A stretch of DNA of 63,948 bases, filler included, from Reclinomonas americana ATCC 50394 (Eukaryota), in assembly GCA_048213135.1 (NCBI GenBank). It is 8 parts of 5 records of this genome, joined end to end, with 100 filler letters (N's around TTAATTAATTAA, not from the genome) between each part and the next. Parts side by side here need not be neighbours in the genome. Positions count along the whole stretch, not along the records: positions 24,958 to 36,395 come from PS015675.1; positions 36,496 to 50,967 come from PS015675.1; 6 more parts are not named here. One strand, 5' to 3'. Below the pieces are notes generated by a model. It had not been told where the DNA came from. It saw only the letters and a program-made list of their open reading frames with translations, and ran no database searches. A program made the translations under genes and the position numbers. This document shows, one piece after another, positions 25,950 to 38,800 of this stretch; the stretch's first letter is position 1, and every line of letters begins with the position of its first letter.

Positions 25950-28900
25950 TCAAGGAGCACCGAGTGAGCGACTCGGCAGCACGCGCTGATGCGACGGCGA
26001 GAATGAATAGTTGGTCCATATGTCGGCCGAGGCGGCGCCGGCCAGCGGTCCACCGCTTCGCGTGGAGCCGTATGACGCCTGCGGGTGTGGTGGTGGCATG
26101 GCAGAGGAGGCGTATGAGTTCTTCACGCTCGTGCCGGCCTGGCTCTCGTCGTCCGAGTCGTAGCGGTTGCGGTTTTGGAAGAGGTTGCGTGGTTGCACCT
26201 CCTTGCCCTCTGCTCAATGGGGGGAAGAAGGATGAGGGAGGGGGAAGGGAAACGGGAAGGGGAAGGAGATGGGAAAAGAAGGGGGTGGAGGGGAAGGGCA
26301 GTGAGGAGAAGGCAAGGACGAGAAATAGGAAAGGGAGGCAGAGCACAGACGGAGCAGAGACGGAGCAGAGCAGAGACGAGAGCAGAGACGGAGCAGAGCA
26401 GAGCAGAGCAAAGCAGAGCAGTGCAGAGCAAAGCAGTGCAGAGCAGAGCAGAGCAGAGCAGAGCAGAGCAGAGCAGAGCAGAGCAGAGCAGAGCAGAGCA
26501 GAGCAGAGCGAGCAGAGTAGAGCGGAGCGGAGCAGAGCAGAGCAGAGCGGAGCAGAGCAGAGCAGAGAAGAGGAAAGCAGAGCAGAGCAGAGCAGAGCAG
26601 AGCAGAGCAGAGGAGAGCAGAGCAGAGCAGAGCAGAGCAGAGGAGAGCAGAGGAGAGCAGATCAGAGCAGAGTAGGGCAGGGCAGGGCAGAGCAGAACAC
26701 AACAGAGCAGAGCAGAGCAGAGGAGAGGAGAGCAGAGCAGAGCAGAGCAGAGCAGAGCAGAGCAGAGCAGAGCAGAGCAGAGCAGAGCAGAGCAGAGCAG
26801 AGGAGAGCAGAGGAGAGCAGAGCAGAGGAGAGCAGAGCAGAGGAGAGCAGAGCACAGCAGAGCAGAGGGGAGCAGATGGGAACAGAGCAGGGCAGGGCAG
26901 ATGAGGAGACGCGAGCAAGGCAGAGGAGAGGAAAGAAGAGCTGAGAAGGCAGAAGAGGGCAGAGGAGAGGAGAGCAGAAGAGAGGAGAGCAGAAGAGAGC
27001 AGAGCAGAGCAGAGCAGAGCAGAGCAGAGTAGAGGAGAGCAAAGCAGAGAAGAGCAGAGCAGAGACGGAGCAGGGCAGAGGAGACGAGAAGAGAAGAGAG
27101 GAGAGCAGAAGAGAGGAGAGGAGGCTAGCGCAGAGTACGCGCGGAACACAGAGAGACCACCAAGAACTCACGTTGCGACCGCTTCACCGGCGCCGACATT
27201 GTGATACTCGTGGTGGCCGGCGCGTTCAAGCTGCCGCGCTCTGTCGGTGCCTTCGGAATGTACTCGAACTCAAAAGTCAGCACCACCATCGATCAACAGA
27301 GAACACTCGCTCGCACAATAACATATCTTTCGGAACTGGATGAGAATGAGCGCCGTGGGGATGATTTCCCACACGAGGAACATGAAGAAGCCGAAGAGAG
27401 TAATGCTGAAATTCTGTGCGCGCACTGTGTCAGCGCACAACACGTGACTCATCGTGTGCTGTCTGCACGCAACAGGATCGAATGAAATGGCTCCCCAATT
27501 CTCCACCGCGTCGTTGAAGGCGCTCACAAAGTCGTAGATGGAGCGCGTGGTGAAAATCACCGCAATCACATAGGAAAAGTAAATCATGCGTGGCGTCACT
27601 TGGCCGCGCAGGAACATGGACTGAACAGAGAGGGGTGAGCATGTGAAAGAGAAAGGGAGAGACTGGAGGAAGAGAGGCACCTTTTGGGTCGGCAGCAGGT
27701 CGCTGTGATCGGCGTGGAGACGAGAGCACTTGAAGGCGAACACCGCGAGGATGGCCATGAGTATCAAGAAGAGGATGCCGCAGACGACGCTCACGAGGGG
27801 TAATGAGAAGGTGAGGCCCGGGAACTCCGTGTCCAGGACGATGTAGACTGTGGGAGGCAAAGGGAAACAGGAAAGGGAGTGAGGAAAGGAAAGGGGGGAG
27901 AAAGGGAGTGAGACTTTCTCTTTTCTCCTCTCAATCAACGCAACTGATAAACGTGCAGCAAAACACCACCGTGAGGACAAGGTAGACTGTGACAAAGATG
28001 TTCTTGCGCTGGCAGTTCTTGCAGTCGCGCCGCTCGTGCGAGAGCACCTCGTTGCCCTGCGAGAGGAAGCCGAGGCAGCAGACGACCTCCTCCCAGCTGT
28101 TGTTGGCCTTGTAGAGGACGCTGCAGAAGAAGAGCACGAGGAGGGCGAAGGTGGCGAATTGGATGCCCATGGGGATCCTGCGGGGGAGGGGAAGGGGGGT
28201 GAGGGGAAGGGAAGAGGGGGGAAGGGAGGGGGGAAAGGGGGGAGGGAGAGGGGGAAGGGTGTGGAATAGGATGTGCGTGAGACTGTGAGGTGTGTGGGTG
28301 TGTGTCCTTGTGCACGAGTGGATAAGAATTCTGTGAGACAGAAGAGAGTGTGTCCGTGTGTAAGCAAGTCTGCACCTGACAGCATGCGTGTTTGGGGGGA
28401 GATTGGAAAGGGAGTGGAATAGGATGTGCGTGAGAATGTGAGGTGGGTGTGTGTCCTTGTGTATGATTGGACAAGAATTCTGTGAGACAGAAGAGAGTGC
28501 GTCCGTGTGTAAGCCAAGTTTGCATCTGACTGCATGCGTGTTGGGGGGAGATTGGAAGGCGGATGGAATAGGATGTGCGTGAGAATTTGAGGGATGTGTG
28601 TGTGTGTGTCCCGTGTGCATCGATGGACAAGAATTCAGTGGGAGAGGATAGAGAGGGCAGCAGACTGACAACGAGTCGTCCGTTGGGGGAGATGGGCAGA
28701 AACGCGAGATGAGCAGGATCTCTGTCTGTGCTGGCTTGCTGCTGTTCAAGAGGGAAGAAGGAAGAGACGGAGGATGAGAGGCTACGAAAGGAAAGGAACT
28801 GTGCTTATCGGTGTCTGTGCTGGCTTGCTGCTGTTCAAGAGAGAAGAGGGAAGACAGAAGATGAGACGTGGTGAAAGGAAAGTCAACTATGCATCGCTGT

Positions 28901-30145
28901 CTGTGCTGGTTTGATTCTGTCGAAGAGGGGAGAGGGAAAAACAGAAGAAGGAGGAAACACAACCGCCATGGGTGTGTGGGTCATCGTGACAAGCGAAGAA
29001 TCGGACCTCTTCTTCTCGCCCTCTCCTTCTCTGTGAGGAATCGTCTTTCCCTTTCTCATCTCTCCGCGCCACTCACCAATAGATGATCTGCACGCCCCAC
29101 ACTGGCCACGTGTCGAGGTTGTAATTGAGCCAGAACATGCACCGCAGCACCGTCCACACAAAGCACAGGATGAGGAAGGCGAACTGTACGAAATGCAAGA
29201 GTTAATAAGCCAGACGAGAGGGAGGGAGGGAGAGAGATAGGGAGAGAGAGTGGGAGAGATAGAGGGAGGGAAAGAGAGTGAGAGAAAGAGAGAAAGAGAG
29301 TGAGAGAAGGAGATAAAGAGTGAGGAAAGTTAAACGTCGCCAATTCGATACTCTCACATACACTCTCATTCACACACGCCACACGCAGAGAGAGAGAGAG
29401 AGAGAGAGTAGAAAGAAAGAGGAGGTGAGAGTGAGAAGAAAAGAAACAGACCGGAGAGTTCAGCGCCACCTTATCTGTCATCTATAAAGACACTCTCACA
29501 TACACTCTCCAAAACATAAACATGCAGAATGCTTGAGAGAGAGAGAGAGAGAAAGAGATAGACAGGCATCTGAAGGGCCACCTTATCCGTCGCCTATGGA
29601 GACACACTGTCTCTCTCTCACAGTCACACAAGCATGCAGAATGCATAAGAGAGAGAAAGAGAAAAAGCGAAAGAGAGCAAGAGGGAGANNNNNNNNNNNN
29701 NNNNNNNNNNNNNNNNNNNNNNNNNNNNNNNNNNNNNNNNNNNNNNNNNNNNNNNNNNNNNNNNNNNNNNNNNNNNNNNNNNNNNNNNNNNNNNNNNNNN
29801 NNNNNNNNNNNNNNNNNNNNNNNNNNNNNNNNNNNNNNNNNNNNNNNNNNNNNNNNNNNNNNNNNNNNNNNNNNNNNNNNNNNNNNNNNNNNNNNNNNNN
29901 NNNNNNNNNNNNNNNNNNNNNNNNNNNNNNNNNNNNNNNNNNNNNNNNNNNNNNNNNNNNNNNNNNNNNNNNNNNNNNNNNNNNNNNNNNNNNNNNNNNN
30001 NNNNNNNNNNNNNNNNNNNNNNNNNNNNNNNNNNNNNNNNNNNNNNNNNNNNNNNNNNNNNNNNNNNNNNNNNNNNNNNNNNNNNNNNNNNNNNNNNNNN
30101 NNNNNNNNNNNNNNNNNNNNNNNNNNNNNNNNNNNNNNNNNNNNN

Positions 30146-30226
<81 letters not shown>

Positions 30227-30587
30227 TCTCTCACTCTCACTCTTCGAACTCAATCACACACCCTCACTCTCTCTCTCTCTCTCCCTTCACACACACTGCT
30301 CTCTCCTTCTCTCTCTCTCACTCTCTCACCCTCCCTCTCTCCTTCCCTCTCTGCGAAGAGAGCACGCGACATGCCTCTCTCCCCTCTCTCCCCTTCCCTT
30401 TCTCTCTCACTCACACTCCCCCCTTTCACACACTCCTTCTCACGCAAACAAACAAAAAAAAACGCAACTTGAAACCTCATAATGCTATGCTTGAACGCGA
30501 TAATGCGCGCAAGTTGGAAGCAAACCACAAGCGCAAGTGCCTAATAAAAAACACAACAAACACACAAACAGAGCACATCATCAGTCA

Positions 30588-30618
<31 letters not shown>

Positions 30619-30762
30619 GACAAGACACGCACGTGCACTCTTTTGCACACACAGAGAGAGAGACACACACATCAACTTCACACGCATTCTCTCTCTTTTT
30701 TTCACATGCACACACACCAGGTAAAAGCACGACAGCGCAATGGCTGTCGGCCCCAGCTGCAT
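25950..30762 (-). CDS. GPR137/TM7SF1-THH1/TOM1 family seven-transmembrane protein, about 9 exons
   Basis: Spliced: MQLGPTAIALSCFYL|ALALVVCFQLARIIAFKHSIMRFQ|FAFLILCFVWTVLR...IYW|IPMGIQFATFALLVLFF...FTTRSIYDF...FLVWEIIPTALILIQFRK|IPK...NLFQNRNRYDSDDE; matches GPR137 motifs (P..LQF.T..L, WE..PT, RYDSDD). Confidence 0.82.
26338..27125. repeat. (GCAGA)n pentanucleotide satellite in an intron
   Basis: Direct inspection. Confidence 0.92.
28260..28640. repeat. About three diverged ~120-bp tandem units (TGGAATAGGATGTGCGTGAGA...) in an intron
   Basis: Motif recurs at about 28262, 28415 and 28564 with shared AAGAATTCTGTGAGACAGAAGAGAG blocks; the spacing is nearer 150 bp than the conserved core length. 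Confidence 0.7.
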
Positions 30763-31369
30763 TGTTGTCGCCGCAAATCCACTCTCACTGAACACAAAAG
30801 AACAGGAACGTCGCGCATGTCCTGTGCAACTGTATAAAGACGAGGAAGAGTTCAAAGTCAACAGACGTGTGGAGCGAGTGCGGGATGATGCCCCCCGCAG
30901 TCTTGCATGTTGCCTTTATTTTTCACGCAGCTGTGGCATTGAGCGTGACGTCGGCATTTGTCAGTCACGTATTACGGATGCAGCTGTGGCCCCACAAATA
31001 TGCACTTATATGCACTGGATATGCGGCTCTGCTTCCTCGCCTGTGCCGCCCTCGAATCATGTCACAGAGACCGGTGCGATGAGGAGGACAATCTCTCGTC
31101 GATAATGGATTTCGACCGTTTGACGCCGGCATCTGCGACTCTCCACATGCCTCGCCACGCACGCACCTCCGCGCAACTCTGTGCACGCACGCATAACCGT
31201 CTGCAGCACATGCGGACAGATGCGCGCGGGACGGACACGCGAGTCTGTCCCACTGACGGTTGAAAACGAGTGGTCTTGCGCGCCCTCAACTCCCTCTCTC
31301 TCTTTGCGCACATCTCCCTCTCTCTCCTTCTGCGCGTGTTTGTGTTTGTGTGTTTGTGTTGAGTCAAAG

Positions 31370-31850
31370 ATGTACGCGAACTTGAGGGGTTTCGCGGGTC
31401 AAGGCATCCCTGAAGGCTCCTACACGTCGACGATTTACACGCTGATTCGCGATCGCAAGTACCGCGAAGTCATCAACATTCTCAACGCCGAGCTGCCGTC
31501 GTTCCCGCGCTCGCGAGCCGCGCTCTCGGTGAGTGAATGGGGGGAAGCGGGGAAGGGGGGGGAGGAGGGCGGGAAAAGCAAGAGTGTGAGAGGGTGAGGG
31601 AGGGAGAGAGAGGGAGAGAGAGAAGGAGAGAGGGAGAGAAGGAGGGAGGGAGGGAGGTGTGATTGTAAAAGAGAAGACTCAAGCAAAGATGACACGATCG
31701 GACAGAGAGAGAGAGAAAGGCACATAAGCACACTCACACAGAGAGAGGAGAGGGAGGTGCAGCGGGCAGGGTTCAGGTGATTGCAGAGGACTCAAACAAA
31801 GAAGACGATCAACAAGGCTCAGTGACTTGCATAGAGAGATAGGTAGGCAG

Positions 31851-31900
<50 letters not shown>

Positions 31901-32828
31901 GACGACACACACACACACACACACACACACGAGACGACGACGACGTACGGACGGACGGACGGACGGACGAGACGAGAGAGAGAGGAGGAGGTACGGTAGG
32001 TACGGTACGTAGTTACGGTACGGTACGGTAAGGTNNNNNNNNNNNNNNNNNNNNNNNNNNNNNNNNNNNNNNNNNNNNNNNNNNNNNNNNNNNNNNNNNN
32101 NNNNNNNNNNNNNNNNNNNNNNNNNNNNNNNNNNNNNNNNNNNNNNNNNNNNNNNNNNNNNNNNNNNNNNNNNNNNNNNNNNNNNNNNNNNNNNNNNNNN
32201 NNNNNNNNNNNNNNNNNNNNNNNNNNNNNNNNNNNNNNNNNNNNNNNNNNNNNNNNNNNNNNNNNNNNNNNNNNNNNNNNNNNNNNNNNNNNNNNNNNNN
32301 NNNNNNNNNNNNNNNNNNNNNNNNNNNNNNNNNNNNNNNNNNNNNNNNNNNNNNNNNNNNNNNNNNNNNNNNNNNNNNNNNNNNNNNNNNNNNNNNNNNN
32401 NNNNNNNNNNNNNNNNNNNNNNNNNNNNNNNNNNNNNNNNNNNNNNNNNNNNNNNNNNNNNNNNNNNNNNNNNNNNNNNNNNNNNNNNNNNNNNNNNNNN
32501 NNNNNNNNNNNNNNNNNNNNNNNNNNNNNNNNNNNNNNNNNNNNNGAGAGAGAGAGACGCACACACACACTCACACACGCACACAGAGCAGTACAGGGTC
32601 GCGACGGGCGAGACAAGTGAGAGAGGTGCAGTGAGGTCATTGCTGAGTGAAGACTCAGCGACCAAGACTCACTCACTTGCACAGAGAGACAGAGAGGAAG
32701 AGAAACGCAACTCGCACGCATAGACACAAAGGCACATACGAGCACAGAGAGCAGTGCAGGGACGCAACGGGTGTGGTGATTGCAAACCGACAGACTCATA
32801 GATCGAAACACAGAATAGCGCAGGCTTA

Positions 32829-32859
<31 letters not shown>

Positions 32860-35800
32860 AGAGAGTTTGAGTGTGAGGATGAGGGTAGAGAGACAAAGAG
32901 TCCTGAATCAATCGAGAGACAACTGCAATTTCTGTGCTTTCCCGTCTGCCTCTTTCTCGCTGCTGTCGCACTATGCGCTGCTTGTGCTGTGCAGTGCCTC
33001 CTTAGCTGCTCTCCGTGCTCGATTTCTGGCACTGTTTTATATTGTGTCTGGTATTCGTAATCGTTTCACTCTCAAGCGTCTGTCTTCTGCAACGTGTTGT
33101 TTGCATAGCCCTCTCTCATTGTTTTATGCTTGAGGCTCGATTCCTCCGTTGTTGCCTTGTGCAGAATGCTCTAGTCTCGTTGTTCTCTCGATTTCTGTTG
33201 CCGTCTCATGTGCTTGCTTGCGACTTTGGCAGCTTCTTGTCTCATACCGGTTACAAGCGACTTCGTTCACTTGTTTCTTGCGCTGTCCGTCTCCCTCCCT
33301 TCTCTCTCTCTCCCCCCTCTCTCTCCCATTTCTCTCTCCCCTTCTCTCCCTCCCTCTCCCTTCTCTCTTTCCCTTCTTTCACCATTCACTCACTCCCTCC
33401 TCCCTTCTCCCCCTCCCACAGCTCCTCGGCTACTGCTACTACATGATCGAGGACTTTGTGTCGGCCTCCGGCTGCTACGAGGAGCTCCTCAAGTACTACC
33501 CCGACGTGGAGGAGTACAAGGTGTACTATGCACAGGCGCTGCACAAGGCCGCCCTGTACGCCGAGTGCATCAAGACCTGCAATGCGATCGACAAGCCTGA
33601 GTACTCGCAGCGAGTTGCGTCTTGGAGGGGAAGGGATTGGCACAAGGGAAGCTCGGGACACTTTCTATCTGACGCTTCGCTGTCGCTCTCTCTCTCGCTT
33701 CGCTGTCGCTCTCTCTCTCGCTTCGCTCTCTCTCTCTCTCGCTTCGCTGTCGCTCTCCTCGCGCTTCGCTGTCGCTCCCCTTTCGCCGCGATGTCGCTCC
33801 CCTTTTCTTCGCTGTTGCTCTCTCCTCCCGCTTCGCTGTCGCTCTCCTCCTTTCTTCCCTCTCCTCACTCTCCCCCTTTCCCCTTCCCGCAGATCCACAA
33901 ACTGCAAGCACTGGCACTGTACGAGAACGACGACTTCCCCGCCGCCGTCGCTCACCTCGAGTACTGCGTGGCCGACGACCCAGACGTGATTCTCCTCACC
34001 GCCGCCATCTTGTACAAGGTGCGTGCACTTTATATTCGCCTCCACACTCAAACCCTCCCTCACCCTCACCCTCTCCCTCTCTCTCTCCCTCTCCCTCTCC
34101 ACCTCCCTCTCCCTCTCCCTCTCCCTCTCCCTCTCCCTCTCCCTCTCCCTTCTCCCTCTCCCTTCTCCCTGTCCTTCTCTCTGTCCCTCTCCCTCTCCCC
34201 CTCTCTCTCCTTCACCCTCTCCCCCTCCCTCTCCCTCTCACCCTCCCACAGGAGGAGAAATACACCGAGGCCCAGGCCAAGTTCACCGAGGCCATTCAGC
34301 AAATCGGCTCGGGCCAGATGCCACCCGAGCTGGCCTACAACATCTCGCTCTGCTACTACCGCCTCAAGCAGTTCGGCCCCTCGCTCTCCATTATCACCGA
34401 CATTATCGAGCGCGGCATTCGCGAGCACCCCGAACTCAGTGTCGGCAGCAATGCGCAGGGCATTGATGTGCGCAGTGTCGGCAACACGCAGACGCTGAAG
34501 GAGACGGCGTTGATCGAGGCCTTCAACTTGAAGTGTGCCATTGAGTACATTCTCAAGAATTGTTGCGTGAGAGGGAAAGGGAAGGAAGGAGAAGGGAGGG
34601 GGAGAGAAGAGAGGAGGGAGAGATGGGAAAGGAGAGGGGAGGGAGAGGAGAGAGTGGAAAGGAAAGAATAGGAATGGAAGAAAAGAGAGGAGAGGGGAGG
34701 GAGGGGGAAGGGAGGAAAGGAGATGAGGCGGAGTGGAGAGTAGGGAAGAGAAGAGAATGGAAAGGCTGATAAGGAAAAATTTGATTGAGAAAGGTTGATT
34801 AGAGAAGAGCTGGCTGGGAATAGGTGGTGGGAAAGAAGGGGAGGGGAGGCAAGAGGGAGAACAAGTGATCGTCTCTTTTCCACGTGTTTCCTTTCGTCTC
34901 CTTTCGTCTCTTCTCGTCTCCTCTCGTTTCCTCTTGTTTCCTCTCGTTTGCACTCGTTTCCTCTCGTTTCCACTCGTCCCCTCTCGCTTCCTCTCGTTTT
35001 CTCCGGTTTCCACTCGTTTTCTCCGGTTTCCACTCGTTTCTTCTCATTTGCACTCGTTTCCTCTTCGTTTCCTCTTCGTTTCCTCTTCGTTTCCTCTCGT
35101 TTCCTCTTCGTTTCCTCTTCGTCTCCTCTCGTCTCCTCTCGTCTCCTCTCGTCTCCTCTCGTCTCCTCTTCGCTCCTCTCGTCTCCTCTTCGCTCCTCTC
35201 GTTTCGTTTGCACTCGTTTGCACTCGTTTGCACTCGTTTGCACTCGTTTGCACTCGTTTGCACTCGTTTGCACTCGTTTCCACTCGCTTCCTCTCGTTTC
35301 CACTCGCTTCCTCTCGTTTCCACTCGTTTCCACTCGTTTCCACTCGTTTCCACTCGTTTCCTCTCGTTTCCACTCGTTTCCTCTCGTTTCCACTCGCTTC
35401 CTCTCGTTTCCACTCGTTTCCACTCGTTTCCTCTCGTTTGCACTCGTTTCCTCTCGTTTCCACTTGTTTCCTCTCGTTTCCAGTCGTCTTCTCTCGTTTC
35501 CTCTCTTGCTGCGTCCGATGAAGCTTGTGACAAATAATTCGCTGACGCATTCTTTCCCCTGTCCCCGCGCAGACGACGTCGCTCGCGACGCCCTGCTGGA
35601 CATGCCACCGCGCTCTGAGGAGGAGCTCGATGTCATTTCGCTGCACAATCAGGCCTTGGTGAACATGGACACGGTGCGTACGCCAAGTGCCGCTCTCTTC
35701 TCGCTTCGTGCCTCTCACTCCACTTACCACAGGATCCCACTGGCGGCTTCCGGAAACTCAATTTCCTGCTGTCGAGTCCGCCGTTCCCGCCAGAAACATT

Positions 35801-38800
35801 CGGCAATCTGCTGCTGCTGTACGTCAAGTACTCGTACTTTGATCTGGCGGCCGACATTCTGGCCGAGAATGCGCATCTCACGTACAAGTATCTCACGCAA
35901 GTTGAGAAGGGTGAAGGGGAAGGGAGGGAAAGGGGAAAAGGTGGAAGGGGGAAGGGGGAGGCAGGAATGAGTGAGAGAAACAAGAGCAATAGTGTGCGGT
36001 CGGATGAAGACGATTCTAGTACAGAAGATCAGTACGGGAAGGAGAAGGTTACCAGTTGCTGATTGAGGTGTTCTGGCCACTTTAGCATTGTTTGCAGACG
36101 TGAGAGTCAGAGGTGATTAGAGAAAGAAGATGCATGTTGAGACTTTTTTGCACAAGCGTTATGTACTGTTCTGGAGATGAGATGCAGAGCTGAGACGGGT
36201 AATTGTGCGAGTGTGTTGTAGACTTGCGAGAGTGAGAAATAATTGGAAGCGCGAATTCAGCATGCAGAGGTGTGACGTTTGCGTTGTTCGAATATGAGAA
36301 TGGGAGTAAGGGGCACAAGGAGCATGCTGAGATGTAGGTCTTGCTTAAGTGTTATTCGCGGTCGAGACAGATGTGAGAGGGAGCAGCTGTAGTATNNNNN
36401 NNNNNNNNNNNNNNNNNNNNNNNNNNNNNNNNNNNNNNNTTAATTAATTAANNNNNNNNNNNNNNNNNNNNNNNNNNNNNNNNNNNNNNNNNNNNCCTGT
36501 CTCTTCTTGCCTGTCTCTTCTTGCCTTTCTCTTCTTGCCTTTCTCTTCTTGCCTGTCTCTGCGTGCCTGTCTCTTCTTGCATGTCTCTTCTTGCCTGTCT
36601 CTGCTTTCTCTTTGCCTCGTCCATCTTCTCACATCCCTTTCCCCTTTCCCCCTCTTCCGCAGGACCTCTTTGACTTCCTCGACGCCGTCATCACATGTCA
36701 AACGTCGCCAGCCGAGGCATTCCGCAAGTTCGAGGAGCTGTCCAAGAGACACATTGGCACGCTGCGCGACCTGACCAAGGAGATTCAGGTGCGTGTACTC
36801 ACTCTCTCTTCTCCTTGCACTCTTCTCTCATTCTACCCGTGAGTGCAGGAGGCCCGCATGAAGAAGGATGCCGATGGCATCAAGCAGGCGCTGAAGGAGT
36901 ACGACGAGGCACTCGAGCAGTTGAGTGGAGACAGGGAGAAGTTCCTATCTTCATGGAAGATTTCACTCACCGTCTCTCACACGTCGCAGATACATTCCGG
37001 TGCTCATGGCGCAGGCCAAGATCTACTGGGACATGGAGAATTATCCGATGGTCGAGAAGCTCTTCCGCCAGAGTGCCGAGTTTTGCGTGGAGCACGATGT
37101 GTGGAAGTTGAATGTCGCGCACGTGTTTTACATGCAAGAGTCGAAGTTCAAGGAGGCGATTCAGTATTACGATCCGATGGTCAAGAAGGTGGCGGATTCG
37201 GTGTGTGGGGGGAGGGAAGGAAGGGGGAAAGGGAAGGGGTAATAGGGAAAGGGAAGGGAAGGGAGGGAAGGGAAGGGGAAGGGAGGGAGATGAGAGAGGG
37301 GCGAAGGGAGACGAAAAAAAGGGAAGGGACGGGGGAGGGGAAGACAGGACTCTCTCGCATGGTCTTCTAGTGTGTGTATCTTTGCCTTGTAGTGTCTCTT
37401 TCGGCATCAGAGTTGGTTGAAATAGTGGAAAGAGGTGGGCGATCAAGACGGGATAGAGTTTTAGAGACAAGCAACGATTTTCTTGGTGTGTTTATGCGCA
37501 AGCGAATTTTTGACTATTTTTGCGCTGTTCGTCTCAGCCGCTATGTGTCTCTCTGTGTTTTTGTGTTTGTTTGTCTCTCTTTCTCTCTCACTGCCTATGC
37601 CTCTGTTAATTTCTGTGCCTTTTTCTCTGACTTTGACTCTGTATGTCTCTGCCTCCAATTTCAGCTCTGTCGCAGTGCTCTGTCGCTGTGCTCTGTCGCA
37701 GTGCTCTTTCGCTGTCGCTGTGCTCAATTGCTGTGCTCTGTCGCTGTGATCTGTCGCTGTGCTCTGTCGATGTGCTCTGTTGCTGTGCTCTGTCGCAGTG
37801 CTCTGTCGCTGTGCGCTGGCATTGTCTAGCTGTCGCAGTGCTCTGTGTCTGTGTCTGTGTCTGTGCTCTTGCGCTGTGCTCTTGCGCTGTGCTCTGTCGC
37901 TGTGCTCTGTCGCTGTGNNNNNNNNNNNNNNNNNNNNNNNNNNNNNNNNNNNNNNNNNNNNNNNNNNNNNNNNNNNNNNNNNNNNNNNNNNNNNNNNNNN
38001 NNNNNNNNNNNNNNNNNNNNNNNNNNNNNNNNNNNNNNNNNNNNNNNNNNNNNNNNNNNNNNNNNNNNNNNNNNNNNNNNNNNNNNNNNNNNNNNNNNNN
38101 NNNNNNNNNNNNNNNNNNNNNNNNNNNNNNNNNNNNNNNNNNNNNNNNNNNNNNNNNNNNNNNNNNNNNNNNNNNNNNNNNNNNNNNNNNNNNNNNNNNN
38201 NNNNNNNNNNNNNNNNNNNNNNNNNNNNNNNNNNNNNNNNNNNNNNNNNNNNNNNNNNNNNNNNNNNNNNNNNNNNNNNNNNNNNNNNNNNNNNNNNNNN
38301 NNNNNNNNNNNNNNNNNNNNNNNNNNNNNNNNNNNNNNNNNNNNNNNNNNNNNNNNNNNNNNNNNNNNNNNNNNNNNNNNNNNNNNNNNNNNNNNNNNNN
38401 NNNNNNNNNNNNNNNNNNNNNNNNNNNNNNNNNNNNNNNNNNNNNNNNNNNNNNNNNNNNNNNNNNNNNNNNNNNNNNNNNNNNNNNNNNNNNNNNNNNN
38501 NNNNNNNNNNNNNNNNNNNNNNNNNNNNNNNNNNNNNNNNNNNNNNNNNNNNNNNNNNNNNNNNNNNNNNNNNNNNNNNNNNNNNNNNNNNNNNNNNNNN
38601 NNNNNNNNNNNNNNNNNCGAGCACAGCAACGGAGCACAGCGACCGAGCACAGCGACAGAGCACAGCGACCGAGCACAGCGACCGAGCACAGCGACCGATC
38701 ACAGCGACAGAGCACAGCGACAGAGCACAGCGACAGAGCACAGCGACAGAGCACAGCGACAGAGCACAGCGACAGAGCACAGCGACAGAGCACAGCGACA

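Noticed and set aside
25465..27171. Long ORFs such as (AEQSR)n, (CSALL)n and (RCRSAPSLSLCSLAVALLP)n
   Set aside because: Translations of intronic or intergenic simple repeats
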